Positions 49,119 to 58,609 of a stretch of 64,000 nt of DNA are shown one piece after another (position 1 is the first letter of the stretch; the number at the start of each line of letters is the position of its first letter). Under the pieces are notes generated by a model. That model saw nothing but the letters and a program-made list of their open reading frames with translations, was not told where the DNA came from and searched no databases. The DNA comes from Hyphomicrobium sp. (GTDB taxonomy: Bacteria; Pseudomonadota; Alphaproteobacteria; Rhizobiales; Hyphomicrobiaceae), in the NCBI GenBank assembly GCA_035445405.1, contig DAOMQQ010000002.1, positions 5,803 to 69,802 of the forward strand. Direction: 5' to 3'. A program made the translations under genes and the position numbers.

Positions 49119-49949
49119 ATGTGGAACGTGCTGAAGAAAGCCGGCCAAGACTGGCTTCGCCACCGGAGTCCAAGGCTTGGAGCGGCTCTGGCCTATTATA
49201 CCGTTTTCTCCCTGGGACCGCTTCTGCTCATCGTCACTGCGGTGGCAGGGTTCTTTTTGGGGCCCGATGCGGTTCGCGGGACTCTGTCTGCGGAATATTA
49301 CGCGCTCCTCGGGGAAAGCGGCGGTCAAGCCGTGGATGCAATGCTACAAGGCGCTGCGGATACGTCGAGCGGTCCTCTGGCAGCGATAAGCGGCACCGTT
49401 CTCCTGCTCGTTGCGGCTCTCGGCATCGTCGTGCAACTCAAGGATGCCTTGAATACGATTTGGGAGGTGGACGACGAAGCCAGTGGCGGCGTTCAATGGT
49501 ATCTGCGGACCTATCTCATCTCCATGGCCGGCGTTCTGGGTCTCGGATTTCTGCTTGCGGCTTCTCTTGTCCTCAGCACGGGATTGGCCGCCTTCACCGG
49601 CACCCTGGGGATGGGCCCTGCTGCGGGATTGCTTTGGCAGGCTGCCGACGTTGTCATTTCAACGGCCGTTCTCGCGATCCTGTTTGCGATGCTGTTTAAA
49701 TATTTTCCGGACGCGCATGTCCAATGGCGGCACGTATGGTTTGCGGGTCTCCTGACGGCGCTGCTCTTCCAGGCTGGAAAACTGGCGATTGCCTGGTACA
49801 TCGGAACGCAGGGACTTGAATCGACGTATGGGGCGGCCGCGTCAGTCGTTGTCTTGCTGATTTGGGTCTACTATGCCGCGCAGATTGTTTTGTTCGGCGC
49901 TGAGGTCGCTCATGTCAGCGCAACGACCGAATTGAGCGCCAAGTCCTGA
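49119..49949 (+). CDS. YihY/virulence factor BrkB family membrane protein
   Basis: LGAALAYYTVFSLGP, QLKDALNTIW, FKYFPD..V.W, STYGAA.S..VLLIWVYY.AQI.LFGAE. Confidence 0.92.
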   Translation: MWNVLKKAGQDWLRHRSPRLGAALAYYTVFSLGPLLLIVTAVAGFFLGPDAVRGTLSAEYYALLGESGGQAVDAMLQGAADTSSGPLAAISGTVLLLVAALGIVVQLKDALNTIWEVDDEASGGVQWYLRTYLISMAGVLGLGFLLAASLVLSTGLAAFTGTLGMGPAAGLLWQAADVVISTAVLAILFAMLFKYFPDAHVQWRHVWFAGLLTALLFQAGKLAIAWYIGTQGLESTYGAAASVVVLLIWVYYAAQIVLFGAEVAHVSATTELSAKS

Positions 49950-50828
49950 AGCGCGCTTTTGCGGGGGTCCGGCTTGACCCTCCGCTGATCCGTCAGCGGT
50001 GAGTGCGTTCCGTCGGAACGCGCGCGGCTCGATAGCGGGAATTGCCCGGTAGTGACGACGTGCATCATTACCGGGATTGGCGACTATTGCACCTTCGCCT
50101 TCTTCTCGCGTTTGGTATTCTTTCGGCCTTCATATGAATAATGGCGGGCGGGTACGGACTGGTTGCGGCCTTTGCCCTTGCGTTTGCGCATGGTTGTCTC
50201 CGTTTTCTTCTTCGCCAATCGGCTCTCCGCCCGCAAAGCTGATAGGGGCGGGCTGCGATAGGCCTGCTGTTTGATGTCGAGGAGCGAGATGACGGTCCGG
50301 ACGTTTGCGGGCCTCTCGCCTGCGGCGGAGGTGCTGGCCATCGGCGAGCCGTCGTCAGGAACTGGGAAGGCGGGCAAAGGCACTGCGGACAACAGGGCGC
50401 TGCGCGCGGCAGCCTAAGCCTGTTGTTATCGCAAGGTGATGTTTTGAAACCCGCAAACGCAGCTCTGCTCTCGCGCATACGCTTGACGCGTTGGCACGCT
50501 GAGCTCTCGCTTTATGCGCGTAACCCCGGAGAGCTGCCAGCTGCGACGATCAAAGCGCAGCGAGGCCCGCCGGGGCCAAGACATGCTTGATCCAGCGTCG
50601 CGCGGCGAAAGGGATGGGGACCTGAGACATGAAAATCACGATAAGCTCGGCTCGAGGGAAGTCAAGGCGGCGCTTGGTTTTCGCTTCAGAAGGAGTTCGA
50701 GCGTCGCCGGCTGGGACCGGGATCGGAAGCCGGTCCCTGAAGGGCCGACTTCGCAGTACTGAAAAGAGATAGCGGCAGGACATACCTGCGTGCGCGAGGT
50801 GCCCGACGCGGCGCATGCGTGCCTTATT

Positions 50829-50857
50829 AAAAGAAGCCCGGCGCGGACGCCGGGCTC
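50829..50857 (-). terminator. Orphan rho-independent terminator (candidate sRNA 3' end)
   Basis: Minus strand GAGCCCGGCG-TCCG-CGCCGGGCTT followed by CTTTTAA. Confidence 0.65.
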
Positions 50858-51212
50858 AAGATCAATAGAAACGGGACGTGAAAAGGGCGCCGTTTCGAAG
50901 GGGAGTGATCCAGCGCTAACGGAGATAATCCCGGGCGTCGGAAAAAGGCGAGTGCCGGCCCCCAGAAATTGGATGGTGCCACGCGGCGCTGCCCGTTTTC
51001 GTGGCAGGACACCTAGTCTGTTTCTCAAACGACGTTGCCGCCAGCATCCGGTTTGCCCCACACCGTCGGCTCCGACTCGAAGCTTGGTTCCCTTCGGCGG
51101 CAGGCCCCGTTGATTAAATGGCGGCGCCTTGCCTTACCTTGGCGCTCGCGCAGGACGGCCCTACATGTAGTCTAACGGCGCTTGTGCCGTATCCTGACCA
51201 GGGACGATCCCA

Positions 51213-51425
51213 ATGACAGCAAAGTTCAAGATCGGCGATCATGTGACCTGGAATTCCGAAGCCGGGCGCGTGTCGGGGAAGATCATCGCCATTCATACCG
51301 AGGACTTCGATTACAAGGGTCATGTTCATCGCGCCTCGAAGGACGACCCCCAATACGAAATCAAGAGCGACAAGACGGATCATATTGCGGCGCATAAGGG
51401 AAGCGCGCTCGACCATGCGCGGTGA
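51213..51425 (+). CDS. DUF2945 (Hva1 TUDOR-like) protein
   Basis: FKIGDHVTWNSEAG.VSG.I, ASKDDPQYEIKSDKT.H.AAHK.SAL. Confidence 0.88.
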   Translation: MTAKFKIGDHVTWNSEAGRVSGKIIAIHTEDFDYKGHVHRASKDDPQYEIKSDKTDHIAAHKGSALDHAR

Positions 51426-51428
51426 AGG

Positions 51429-51980
51429 TTGTGCGTGACGCTTTCGTTCTTCACCATCGGCCATTCCAAGCGGAGTCTCGATGAGTTCGCCGCACTGCTG
51501 CGCGGTTCACGTATGGAAAAGGTGGTCGACGTCAGAACCGTTCCGAGATCCAGAACAAATCCGCAGTTCAATAAGGATGCGCTGCATGGAAATCTGGCTG
51601 CCTTCGAGATCTCCTACGAGCATCTGGCAGCACTGGGCGGGCTGCGTGGAAAAGTCAAAAGCCTGCCCCCGGACATCAACGCGTTCTGGACGAACGAAAG
51701 CTTCCACAATTATGCGGACTATGCCCTCTCGGAGCCGTTTCGCGCGGGCCTCGAACATCTGCGCGACGAGGGAGGCGAACGGCGCTGTGCCATCATGTGC
51801 TCGGAAGCCGTCTGGTGGCGGTGTCACCGCCGTATCATCAGCGATTACCTGATCGCCGGCGGCGCGCGCGTGTTTCATATCATGGGGCCTGGCCGGGTAG
51901 AAGCTGCCCGCTTGACGGGAAGCGCCGTCCCACGAGCCGACGGCACGATCGTCTATCCCGTGGAACCATCGGACGGATAG
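51429..51980 (+). CDS. DUF488 family protein
   Basis: FTIGHS, DVRTVPRSR.NPQF, LGGLR, F.NYADY, MCSEAVWWRCHRRII.D. Confidence 0.9.
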   Translation: MCVTLSFFTIGHSKRSLDEFAALLRGSRMEKVVDVRTVPRSRTNPQFNKDALHGNLAAFEISYEHLAALGGLRGKVKSLPPDINAFWTNESFHNYADYALSEPFRAGLEHLRDEGGERRCAIMCSEAVWWRCHRRIISDYLIAGGARVFHIMGPGRVEAARLTGSAVPRADGTIVYPVEPSDG

Positions 51981-52083
51981 CGACGAGGGTTGCGGACTAG
52001 GGGCGTATTGGCCCTCGCGCTCGGATGTGTAAGACTTGGTTGCGGCGGCATACGCTGCTTCCGAACGTCGAACGCGAGACGAC

Positions 52084-53022
52084 ATGGCCAATCCGTACGA
52101 GACGCTGGGTGTCGCGCCCAATGCCAGCCAGGAAGAAATTCGCAAGGCCTATCGCAAGGCCGCCAAGGAGACGCATCCCGATCTCAATCCGGGCAAGCCG
52201 GAAGCGGAGAAACGCTTCAAGGAAATCAATGCCGCGAATGACATCATCGGCGATCCGGACAAGCGCAAGCGCTACGACGCCGGCGAGATCGACGAAACCG
52301 GCGCGGAGCGTCATCCGGAGCGGCACTTCTACCGTGAGTATGCGGAGGAAGATCCAGGGCCACGCTACAGTTACCGCGGCGCGGCGTCTGGCGATCACGG
52401 CAGTGGCGGGCCGGATTTCGACTACGATATCTTCGCTGACCTTTTCCGCGGCCGGGGCCGCGGCGGTGACGGCGGAACCTTCCGCATGCCGCCGCAGGAT
52501 CTGCAGTACGCTCTCGAAATCGACTTCATCGATGCTGTGAGCGGCGGCCAGAAGCGTGTCACGATGCCGGACGGCAAGACCCTCGACATCACGATTCCGC
52601 CCGGGCTCAACGACGGCCAGATGCTGCGCCTCAAGGGGCAGGGGGTGCCCGGCTCGGATGGCAAGACGGGCGACGCGTATGTGCAGGTCTCCGTCCGGCC
52701 GCATCCGGGCTTTCGGCGAGAGGGGAACGACATCCTGACCACGCTGCCGGTTTCGCTCGGCGAGGCGCTGAACGGGGCCAGCGTGCGCGTGGATACGGTG
52801 GATGGACCGGTCGAGGTCAAGGTTCCGAAAGGGGCCAGGAACGGCACGAAGCTGCGGTTGCGCGGGAAGGGCGTTCGCTACGGCAAGGACAGCGCGCGGG
52901 GGGATCAGCTTGTCGAGATCCACATCGTGCCTCCCGAAGGGGCCGACGACGCTCTGGCGCAGTTCATGGCCGAATGGGAGAAGGCGCACCCGCAAAACCC
53001 GCGCAGAAAGGGAGCAGCCTGA
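52084..53022 (+). CDS. cbpA: DnaJ-class chaperone without zinc finger (CbpA-like)
   Basis: J domain with HPD (THPDLNPG), KRKRYD, C-terminal LRLKGQG, LRLRGKG. Confidence 0.9.
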   Translation: MANPYETLGVAPNASQEEIRKAYRKAAKETHPDLNPGKPEAEKRFKEINAANDIIGDPDKRKRYDAGEIDETGAERHPERHFYREYAEEDPGPRYSYRGAASGDHGSGGPDFDYDIFADLFRGRGRGGDGGTFRMPPQDLQYALEIDFIDAVSGGQKRVTMPDGKTLDITIPPGLNDGQMLRLKGQGVPGSDGKTGDAYVQVSVRPHPGFRREGNDILTTLPVSLGEALNGASVRVDTVDGPVEVKVPKGARNGTKLRLRGKGVRYGKDSARGDQLVEIHIVPPEGADDALAQFMAEWEKAHPQNPRRKGAA

Positions 53023-53023
53023 G

Positions 53024-53362
53024 ATGATCCGAGAACCCGAACTCATTGCACAATTCACGCTCCTGAAGCGCGAGGTGCTGCTGACCTGGATCGAGGAAGG
53101 GGTCATCGAGCCGCATCGCGACGAAGAGGGATACCTGTTCGATCGGATCGACGAGTCCCGCGTTGCTCTGTGTTGCGACCTGCATTACCGGATGGGCCTC
53201 GACCATGTGAGCCTGCCGGTCATTCTCTCTTTGATCGATCAGCTTCATGATGCGCGGCGCCATCTTCGCAAGCTCACGCGCGCGGTCGCCGGACAGCCTG
53301 AGGCCGTGCAACGAGAGATTACCCGTCACTTGAGCGGGGAAGCGGACACGGAGAGCGATTAG
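53024..53362 (+). CDS. cbpM: Chaperone modulator CbpM (MerR-like)
   Basis: WIEEGVIEP, R..L..DL...MG......VILSLIDQLH..RR; immediately after cbpA. Confidence 0.85.
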   Translation: MIREPELIAQFTLLKREVLLTWIEEGVIEPHRDEEGYLFDRIDESRVALCCDLHYRMGLDHVSLPVILSLIDQLHDARRHLRKLTRAVAGQPEAVQREITRHLSGEADTESD

Positions 53363-53451
53363 ATCGATACGGGAACTAAGATCTCTGCATGCGCGGTCCT
53401 GGTGGTCTCGCGAGCGCCACCCTGTAGCGTTCCGTGCGCGAGCCGCAATGG

Positions 53452-53557
53452 CTAGAGCGTGATCATTTTCGATTGAATCGGGATCACGCTCTATCTCTTT
53501 GGTGAGACCGATGATTCACGCTTCAGGCTGATAGGGCCTGAAGCGATCATGGTCTAG
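53452..53557 (+). repeat. 106 bp CTAG-bounded double-hairpin repeat (RIME/REP/MITE-like)
   Basis: CTAGAGCGTGATC..GATCACGCTCTA..GCTTCAGGC-TGATAGG-GCCTGAAGC..TCTAG; three mismatches to 57266-57371. Confidence 0.92.
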
Positions 53558-53812
53558 GCTGCACGAAGAATGTTCCTGCCGGGCTCGATACGATGCGCCC
53601 CGTTGTGAGGCGATTTTTTAATTGCGAGCGCTTGTGCCTGCGCTTGCATAAGTGTTCGTTCCGATATACGGAGTTTGCAAATGCATCGTACCCAGACAAT
53701 CAAATGTCAGGGTAATAATTCACATGAGAAGCAAATTGATCCGGGCAAAATTCTAAAGTCATTTGGCTGGTTTCATTTTTGCTTTTACAGGGTGGATTGA
53801 GCGGGTGGGACG

Positions 53813-54949
53813 ATGATCATTATTGCTGTGACGGCTGAGGGGGCTGACGAGCCTCGTGTTGCCGTCTCGCCGGAGACGGTGAAGAAGCTCACGGGGCTCG
53901 GGGCGACGGTTCGGGTCGAGAGCGGCGCGGGCCTGAGGGCACGTTTTTCCGACGACGCGTTGAAGGCGGCGGGGGCGGAGATCGCCTCGTCCGCGGCCGC
54001 GGCCGTCTCGGGGGCGGACGTGCTGCTCAAGGTGCGGCGCCCGTCGGTGGACGAGCTCCGGGGGCTGAAGCCGGGCGCCGTCGTCGCTGCAAGCCTCGAT
54101 CCCTACGACCGGGCCGGGCTCGATCCGCTCGCCGGGACGAACGCCAGCCTCTTCTCCATGGAGCTCATGCCGCGCACCACGCGCGCGCAATCGATGGACG
54201 TGCTGTCGAGCCAGGCGAACCTCGCCGGCTACAAGGCGGTGGTCGATGCCGCGTCGCTGTTCGGCCAGGCGCTGCCGATGATGATGACGCCGGCGGGCAC
54301 GGTGCCGGCCGCGAAGGTGTTCATCATGGGCGTCGGCGTCGCGGGCCTGCAGGCGATCGCGACCGCGCGCCGGCTGGGTGCCATCGTGTCGGCGACGGAC
54401 GTGCGCCCTGCCACCAAGGAGCAGGTGGCCTCTCTCGGCGCCAAGTTCGTGGCGGTCGAGGACGACGAGTTCAAGGAAGCGCAGACGGCGGCCGGCTACG
54501 CCAAGCCGATGTCGGCCGAGTATCAGGCCAAGCAGGCCGAGCTGATCGCGACCCACATCAAGACGCAGGACATCGTCATCACCACGGCGCTCATTCCGGG
54601 CCGTCCCGCGCCGCGTCTCATCACGCGCGCGATGGTGGAGAGCATGAAGCCGGGTGCGGTGATCGTCGATCTCGCGGCGGAGCGGGGCGGCAACTGCGAA
54701 GCGACGGTGCCGGGCCAGACGGTCGAGGTGTCGGACGTGAAGATCGTGGGCCCGCTCAACCTCGCGGGCACGGTCGCGGTCAACGCGTCGAGTCTCTACG
54801 CCAAGAACCTCTACGCCTTCCTCGAGCTCTTCTTCGACAAGAAGGACAAGTCGTTCCGCATCGATTGGGACGACGATCTCGTGAAGGGCACGCTGGTCGC
54901 CCGGGACGGCAAGATCGTCCATCCGAGCCTCGTCCCGCAATCCGCCTGA
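53813..54949 (+). CDS. pntAA: NAD(P) transhydrogenase subunit alpha, part 1
   Basis: [63 protein letters not shown]. Confidence 0.96.
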   Translation: MIIIAVTAEGADEPRVAVSPETVKKLTGLGATVRVESGAGLRARFSDDALKAAGAEIASSAAAAVSGADVLLKVRRPSVDELRGLKPGAVVAASLDPYDRAGLDPLAGTNASLFSMELMPRTTRAQSMDVLSSQANLAGYKAVVDAASLFGQALPMMMTPAGTVPAAKVFIMGVGVAGLQAIATARRLGAIVSATDVRPATKEQVASLGAKFVAVEDDEFKEAQTAAGYAKPMSAEYQAKQAELIATHIKTQDIVITTALIPGRPAPRLITRAMVESMKPGAVIVDLAAERGGNCEATVPGQTVEVSDVKIVGPLNLAGTVAVNASSLYAKNLYAFLELFFDKKDKSFRIDWDDDLVKGTLVARDGKIVHPSLVPQSA

Positions 54950-54960
54950 GGAGCCGCACG

Positions 54961-55434
54961 ATGACCCGTCATTCTCCCCGCGCGCCCGACACCGATCCGA
55001 TCCAGAGCGACGGAGCGCAGGCGCAGGCCGATCTTTCGCGCCGCATCCTGCGCGCCGGCTACGCGGTCGCGGCCGCGACCGTTCTCGTGCCGACGGCGGC
55101 GCTCGCGGCCGAGGGTATGGGGGGGGCGGTCGATCCCTCCGTCTATCGCTTCATGGTGTTCGTGATGGCGATCTTCGTCGGCTACTACGTGGTGTGGAGC
55201 GTGACGCCCGCGCTGCATACGCCGTTGATGAGCGTGACCAACGCCATCAGCTCGGTGATCGTGGTGGGCGCGCTGCTCGCGGTGGGCGTGGAACTCGTCA
55301 CCGACGGCACGACGGCCGCGCGCGTGTTCGGGTTTCTCGCGCTCGTGATGGCGTCGGTGAACATCTTCGGCGGCTTCCTCGTCACCAGCCGGATGCTCGC
55401 CATGTACAAGAAAAAAGACAAGACCGGGAAGTAG
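54961..55434 (+). CDS. pntAB: NAD(P) transhydrogenase subunit alpha, part 2 (membrane)
   Basis: [41 protein letters not shown]; GAGGAG RBS before 54961 (alternative start 55117). Confidence 0.93.
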   Translation: MTRHSPRAPDTDPIQSDGAQAQADLSRRILRAGYAVAAATVLVPTAALAAEGMGGAVDPSVYRFMVFVMAIFVGYYVVWSVTPALHTPLMSVTNAISSVIVVGALLAVGVELVTDGTTAARVFGFLALVMASVNIFGGFLVTSRMLAMYKKKDKTGK

Positions 55435-55449
55435 AGGGGACGACGTCCG

Positions 55450-56856
55450 ATGACTCCCAATATCGCTGCCTTCCTCTACCTGGTCTCGGGTGTGCTGTTC
55501 ATCATGGCGCTCAGGGGGCTCTCGCATCCCGAATCGAGCCGCAAGGGCAACGCCTACGGCATGATCGGCATGGCCATCGCCGTCTTGACGACGCTCGCGG
55601 TCTCGAGCCCCGATCAGGCGCTGACGTGGGCGCTGATCGTCGGCGGCATCGGCATCGGCGGCGCGATCGGCGCCGTCATCGCCAAGAAGATCCCGATGAC
55701 GCAGATGCCCGAGCTCGTCGCCGCGTTCCACTCGCTGGTCGGCATGGCGGCGGTGTTCGTGGCGGCGGCCGCGCTCTATGCGCCGGAAGCCTTCGGCATC
55801 GGCACGCCCGGCAACATCGGCGCCTTGAGCCTTGCGGAAATGGGCATCGGCCTTGCTATCGGCGCCATCACGTTCACGGGCTCGGTGATCGCGTTCGCGA
55901 AGCTCTCGGGGCGCATGTCGGGCGCGCCGATCCTGCTGCCGGCGCGGCACCTGATCAACCTCGCGCTGTTTCTCGCGATGGCGTTCCTGATCTACCGCTT
56001 CTGCATCTCGGGCGGCGATACGACGACGTTCTGGATCCTGACCGTGCTGGCGCTCGTGTTCGGCATCCTGATCATCATTCCGATCGGCGGCGCGGACATG
56101 CCGGTCGTGGTCTCCATGCTCAACTCGTATTCGGGATGGGCGGCGGCCGGCATCGGCTTCACGGTCGGCAACATCGCGCTCATCATCACGGGTGCGCTGG
56201 TCGGCTCGTCGGGCGCGATCCTGTCCTACATCATGTGCAAGGGCATGAACCGCAGCTTCCTGTCGGTGATCGCGGGCGGCTTCGGCGGCGAGACGGCGGG
56301 TCCCGGCGGCGGCGGCGGGGAGCAGAAGCCGGTCAAGCTCGGCTCGGCCGAGGATGCAGCCTACGTGCTCAAGAACGCGTCGAAGGTCATCATCGTGCCG
56401 GGCTACGGCATGGCGGTGGCGCAGGCGCAGCACGCGCTGCGCGAGATGGCGGACGCGCTGAAGAAGGCGGGCGTCGAGGTGAAGTATGCGATCCATCCCG
56501 TGGCGGGGCGCATGCCCGGGCACATGAACGTGCTGCTCGCGGAAGCCAACGTGCCCTATGACGAGGTGTTCGAGCTCGAGGATATCAACAGCGAGTTCTC
56601 GCAGGCGGATGCCGTCTACGTGATCGGCGCCAACGACGTGGTGAACCCGGCAGCCGAGGACGACAAGACGTCTCCGATCTACGGCATGCCGGTGCTGCAG
56701 GTGTGGAAGGCCGCGACCGTGTTCTTCAACAAGCGCTCGCTCGCGTCGGGGTATGCCGGCATCGACAACCCCGTGTTCTATCGCGACAACACGGTCATGG
56801 TGCTCGGCGATGCCAAGAAGATGACCGAAGAGATCGCAAAAGCGCTGAGCCATTGA
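55450..56856 (+). CDS. pntB: NAD(P) transhydrogenase subunit beta
   Basis: MPELVAAFHSLVG, GGADMPVVVSMLNSYSGW, PGYGMAVAQAQH, HPVAGRMPGHMNVLLAEA. Confidence 0.97.
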   Translation: MTPNIAAFLYLVSGVLFIMALRGLSHPESSRKGNAYGMIGMAIAVLTTLAVSSPDQALTWALIVGGIGIGGAIGAVIAKKIPMTQMPELVAAFHSLVGMAAVFVAAAALYAPEAFGIGTPGNIGALSLAEMGIGLAIGAITFTGSVIAFAKLSGRMSGAPILLPARHLINLALFLAMAFLIYRFCISGGDTTTFWILTVLALVFGILIIIPIGGADMPVVVSMLNSYSGWAAAGIGFTVGNIALIITGALVGSSGAILSYIMCKGMNRSFLSVIAGGFGGETAGPGGGGGEQKPVKLGSAEDAAYVLKNASKVIIVPGYGMAVAQAQHALREMADALKKAGVEVKYAIHPVAGRMPGHMNVLLAEANVPYDEVFELEDINSEFSQADAVYVIGANDVVNPAAEDDKTSPIYGMPVLQVWKAATVFFNKRSLASGYAGIDNPVFYRDNTVMVLGDAKKMTEEIAKALSH

Positions 56857-56873
56857 GGGCGGGGTGGCTGCGC

Positions 56874-57269
56874 GTGAAGGTTGGGTATCGCCAGCTTCTC
56901 GAAGACGCGAACGCCAGGATCGAAACGCTGGGCGCGGAGGACGTGCGCGCCTTGCGGGAGCGAGGCGAGGTCCTGCTCGTGGATCTGCGCGACAGGCGCG
57001 AGCTCGAGCGCGACGGGCGTATTCCCGGTGCTTTTCATTGCCCGCGCGGGATGCTGGAATTCTGGATCGATCCCGAGAGCCCGTATCACAAGCCGGTTTT
57101 CGCCGCACCGCACCGCTTCGTGTTCTACTGCGCGAGCGGCTGGCGCTCGGCCCTCGCGACGCGGACGGCCCAGGACATGGGGCTTCAGCCGGTTGCGCAT
57201 CTGGCGGGCGGGTTCACGGCGTGGTGCGACGCTGGATTTCCGATCGAGCCCGTGACGGCAAAAACCTAG
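56874..57269 (+). CDS. Rhodanese-like domain protein
   Basis: VDLRD.RE, GRIPGA.HCPRGMLEFWIDP.SPY, FYCASGWRSALA, HLAGGF.AW. Confidence 0.9.
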   Translation: MKVGYRQLLEDANARIETLGAEDVRALRERGEVLLVDLRDRRELERDGRIPGAFHCPRGMLEFWIDPESPYHKPVFAAPHRFVFYCASGWRSALATRTAQDMGLQPVAHLAGGFTAWCDAGFPIEPVTAKT

Positions 57270-57371
57270 AGCGCGATCATTTTCGATTGAATCGGAATCA
57301 CGCTCTATCTCTTTGGTGAGACCGATGAGTCACGCTTCAGGCTGATAGGGCCTGAAGCGATCATGGTCTAG
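57266..57371 (+). repeat. 106 bp CTAG-bounded double-hairpin repeat, second near-identical copy
   Basis: Near-identical to 53452-53557; its TAG is the rhodanese stop codon. Confidence 0.92.
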
Positions 57372-57536
57372 CGCGCTGAAGCCATCCGCGGCCTTCGCAT
57401 GTGCAGGCGGCCCGTGCCCGTCGGGCCGCATTTCGCATGCGGCAATGTTATCCCCTTGCGTGGGAGATCGGGAAAACTCTAGCCTGCGTAAAAGAAGGGC
57501 AATCGAACCTTTTTGTCAGAACAGCAGAGGTCGCGC

Positions 57537-58058
57537 ATGAAGGCCGTCGCGCTTGCCCTCGGGATCCTGGCTGCCATGCTCGGCGGACGGACCGCGCTTT
57601 CCGGCGCGTTCGAGGCCAAGCCTGTGATTGGCGGCGTCGCGATGACGTGCCGGGATTTCCGCGGGCGGATCGTGCAGACGCTCAATGCGCCGCTGAGAGG
57701 CGACGTGGGCCGCGCAACCTTCATTGCCACCGTGCCGGTGATCGCGCTCGATCCGGTCCGGCTCGCGACGTTACCCGAAAAGATGCGGATCTTCTTCTAT
57801 CAGCACGAGTGCGCGCACCACGTGCTTGCGCATATTTTCAATCCCACCATCGAGAGCGAGCGAGAGGCGGATTGCTGGTCCATCGGACATGGACGGACCG
57901 CCGGGCATTTCACGCGCGAGGATGTGGAGGCGTTCGCGCCGTTCCTGGCTCATAGCCGCGGCTCGCCGTTCGGGCATCTGCCGGGTCCGGAGCGTCATGC
58001 CCACCTGCTGGCGTGCTACGACGCTCCGGATACTTCACGAGCCGCGTACAATCGCTGA
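57537..58058 (+). CDS. Secreted hypothetical protein with HExxH metallopeptidase-like motif
   Basis: Signal peptide; FFYQHECAHHVL.H.....ESEREADCW. Confidence 0.7.
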   Translation: MKAVALALGILAAMLGGRTALSGAFEAKPVIGGVAMTCRDFRGRIVQTLNAPLRGDVGRATFIATVPVIALDPVRLATLPEKMRIFFYQHECAHHVLAHIFNPTIESEREADCWSIGHGRTAGHFTREDVEAFAPFLAHSRGSPFGHLPGPERHAHLLACYDAPDTSRAAYNR

Positions 58059-58076
58059 GCTCAGCGGACGCCGAGA

Positions 58077-58484
58077 TCAGCGCGCGGTGTTCGACGTCGC
58101 GTGGTAGGTCACCATCAGGAGCGCCAGCAACACAGCCGAGAGCAGGCCGGCGAAGGTGCCGAGCAGGACTGCGGACGGCGGGGTTGCGATGTGGTTCGCG
58201 ATGTCGTGCGCGGCGAGGCTGCCGGCGATCGATGCGATCGCGGCGTTGACCACGACTACACTCGGAACCTTCGAATCGTCGGGGCCGACGCCAGCGCCGA
58301 GGAACACCGCTTTGTAGCGCGCAACCGAGGCAACGAGCGTGGCGATCAGGCCGGCGGTGACGGCGAGCGTGCGCGAGCCGGTAATGGTGTCGCCCAGAAC
58401 CAGGCCAACGAGAGCTCCAACCGCGGTCGCGATCAGAAGCAGGATGATGATGCTCATAGACGTCTTGCCGCTCACGGCTGCCAT
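58077..58484 (-). CDS. Hypothetical 4-TM membrane protein
   Basis: Four hydrophobic helices; AGGGGAG RBS. Confidence 0.75.
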   Translation of the reverse strand: MAAVSGKTSMSIIILLLIATAVGALVGLVLGDTITGSRTLAVTAGLIATLVASVARYKAVFLGAGVGPDDSKVPSVVVVNAAIASIAGSLAAHDIANHIATPPSAVLLGTFAGLLSAVLLALLMVTYHATSNTAR

Positions 58485-58553
58485 ATGCGTGTCTCCCCTT
58501 GTTCCTCTTGACGAATACAAGAATCCGTCTGCCGATCACCGTAAACAGTGTTC

Positions 58554-58567
58554 TTGATTTTGGTCAA
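58554..58567. promoter_or_regulatory. FixK/Fnr-type box
   Basis: TTGATTTTGGTCAA, 70 bp upstream of ATG 58484 (minus strand). Confidence 0.65.
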
Positions 58568-58609
58568 TGCGCTCGGCGTGCAGAGCAAATCAGGAAGGTG
58601 ACGATCCTC

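Larger units (their letters stand above)
24585..53400. mobile_element. Putative degenerate tRNA-Ser-anchored accessory island (stress and carbohydrate storage)
   Basis: AT-rich tract right after the tRNA, accessory gene content, visibly more A/T-ending codons in parts; no integrase or attR seen, so boundaries are inferred. Confidence 0.35.

Noticed and set aside
50222-50231. CTCTCCGCC as attR of tRNA-Ser
   Set aside because: Only about 9 bp match, which is expected by chance in GC-rich DNA
50084-50392. 102 aa ORF with a Lys/Arg-rich tail
   Set aside because: No recognisable family; a 35 aa basic peptide from 50191 is possible but unsupported
53736-53749. TTGATCCGGGCAAA as an Fnr box before pntAA
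   Set aside because: The right half-site is too degenerate
54811-57108. 765 aa minus-strand ORF
   Set aside because: Antisense shadow of pntAB, pntB and the rhodanese gene
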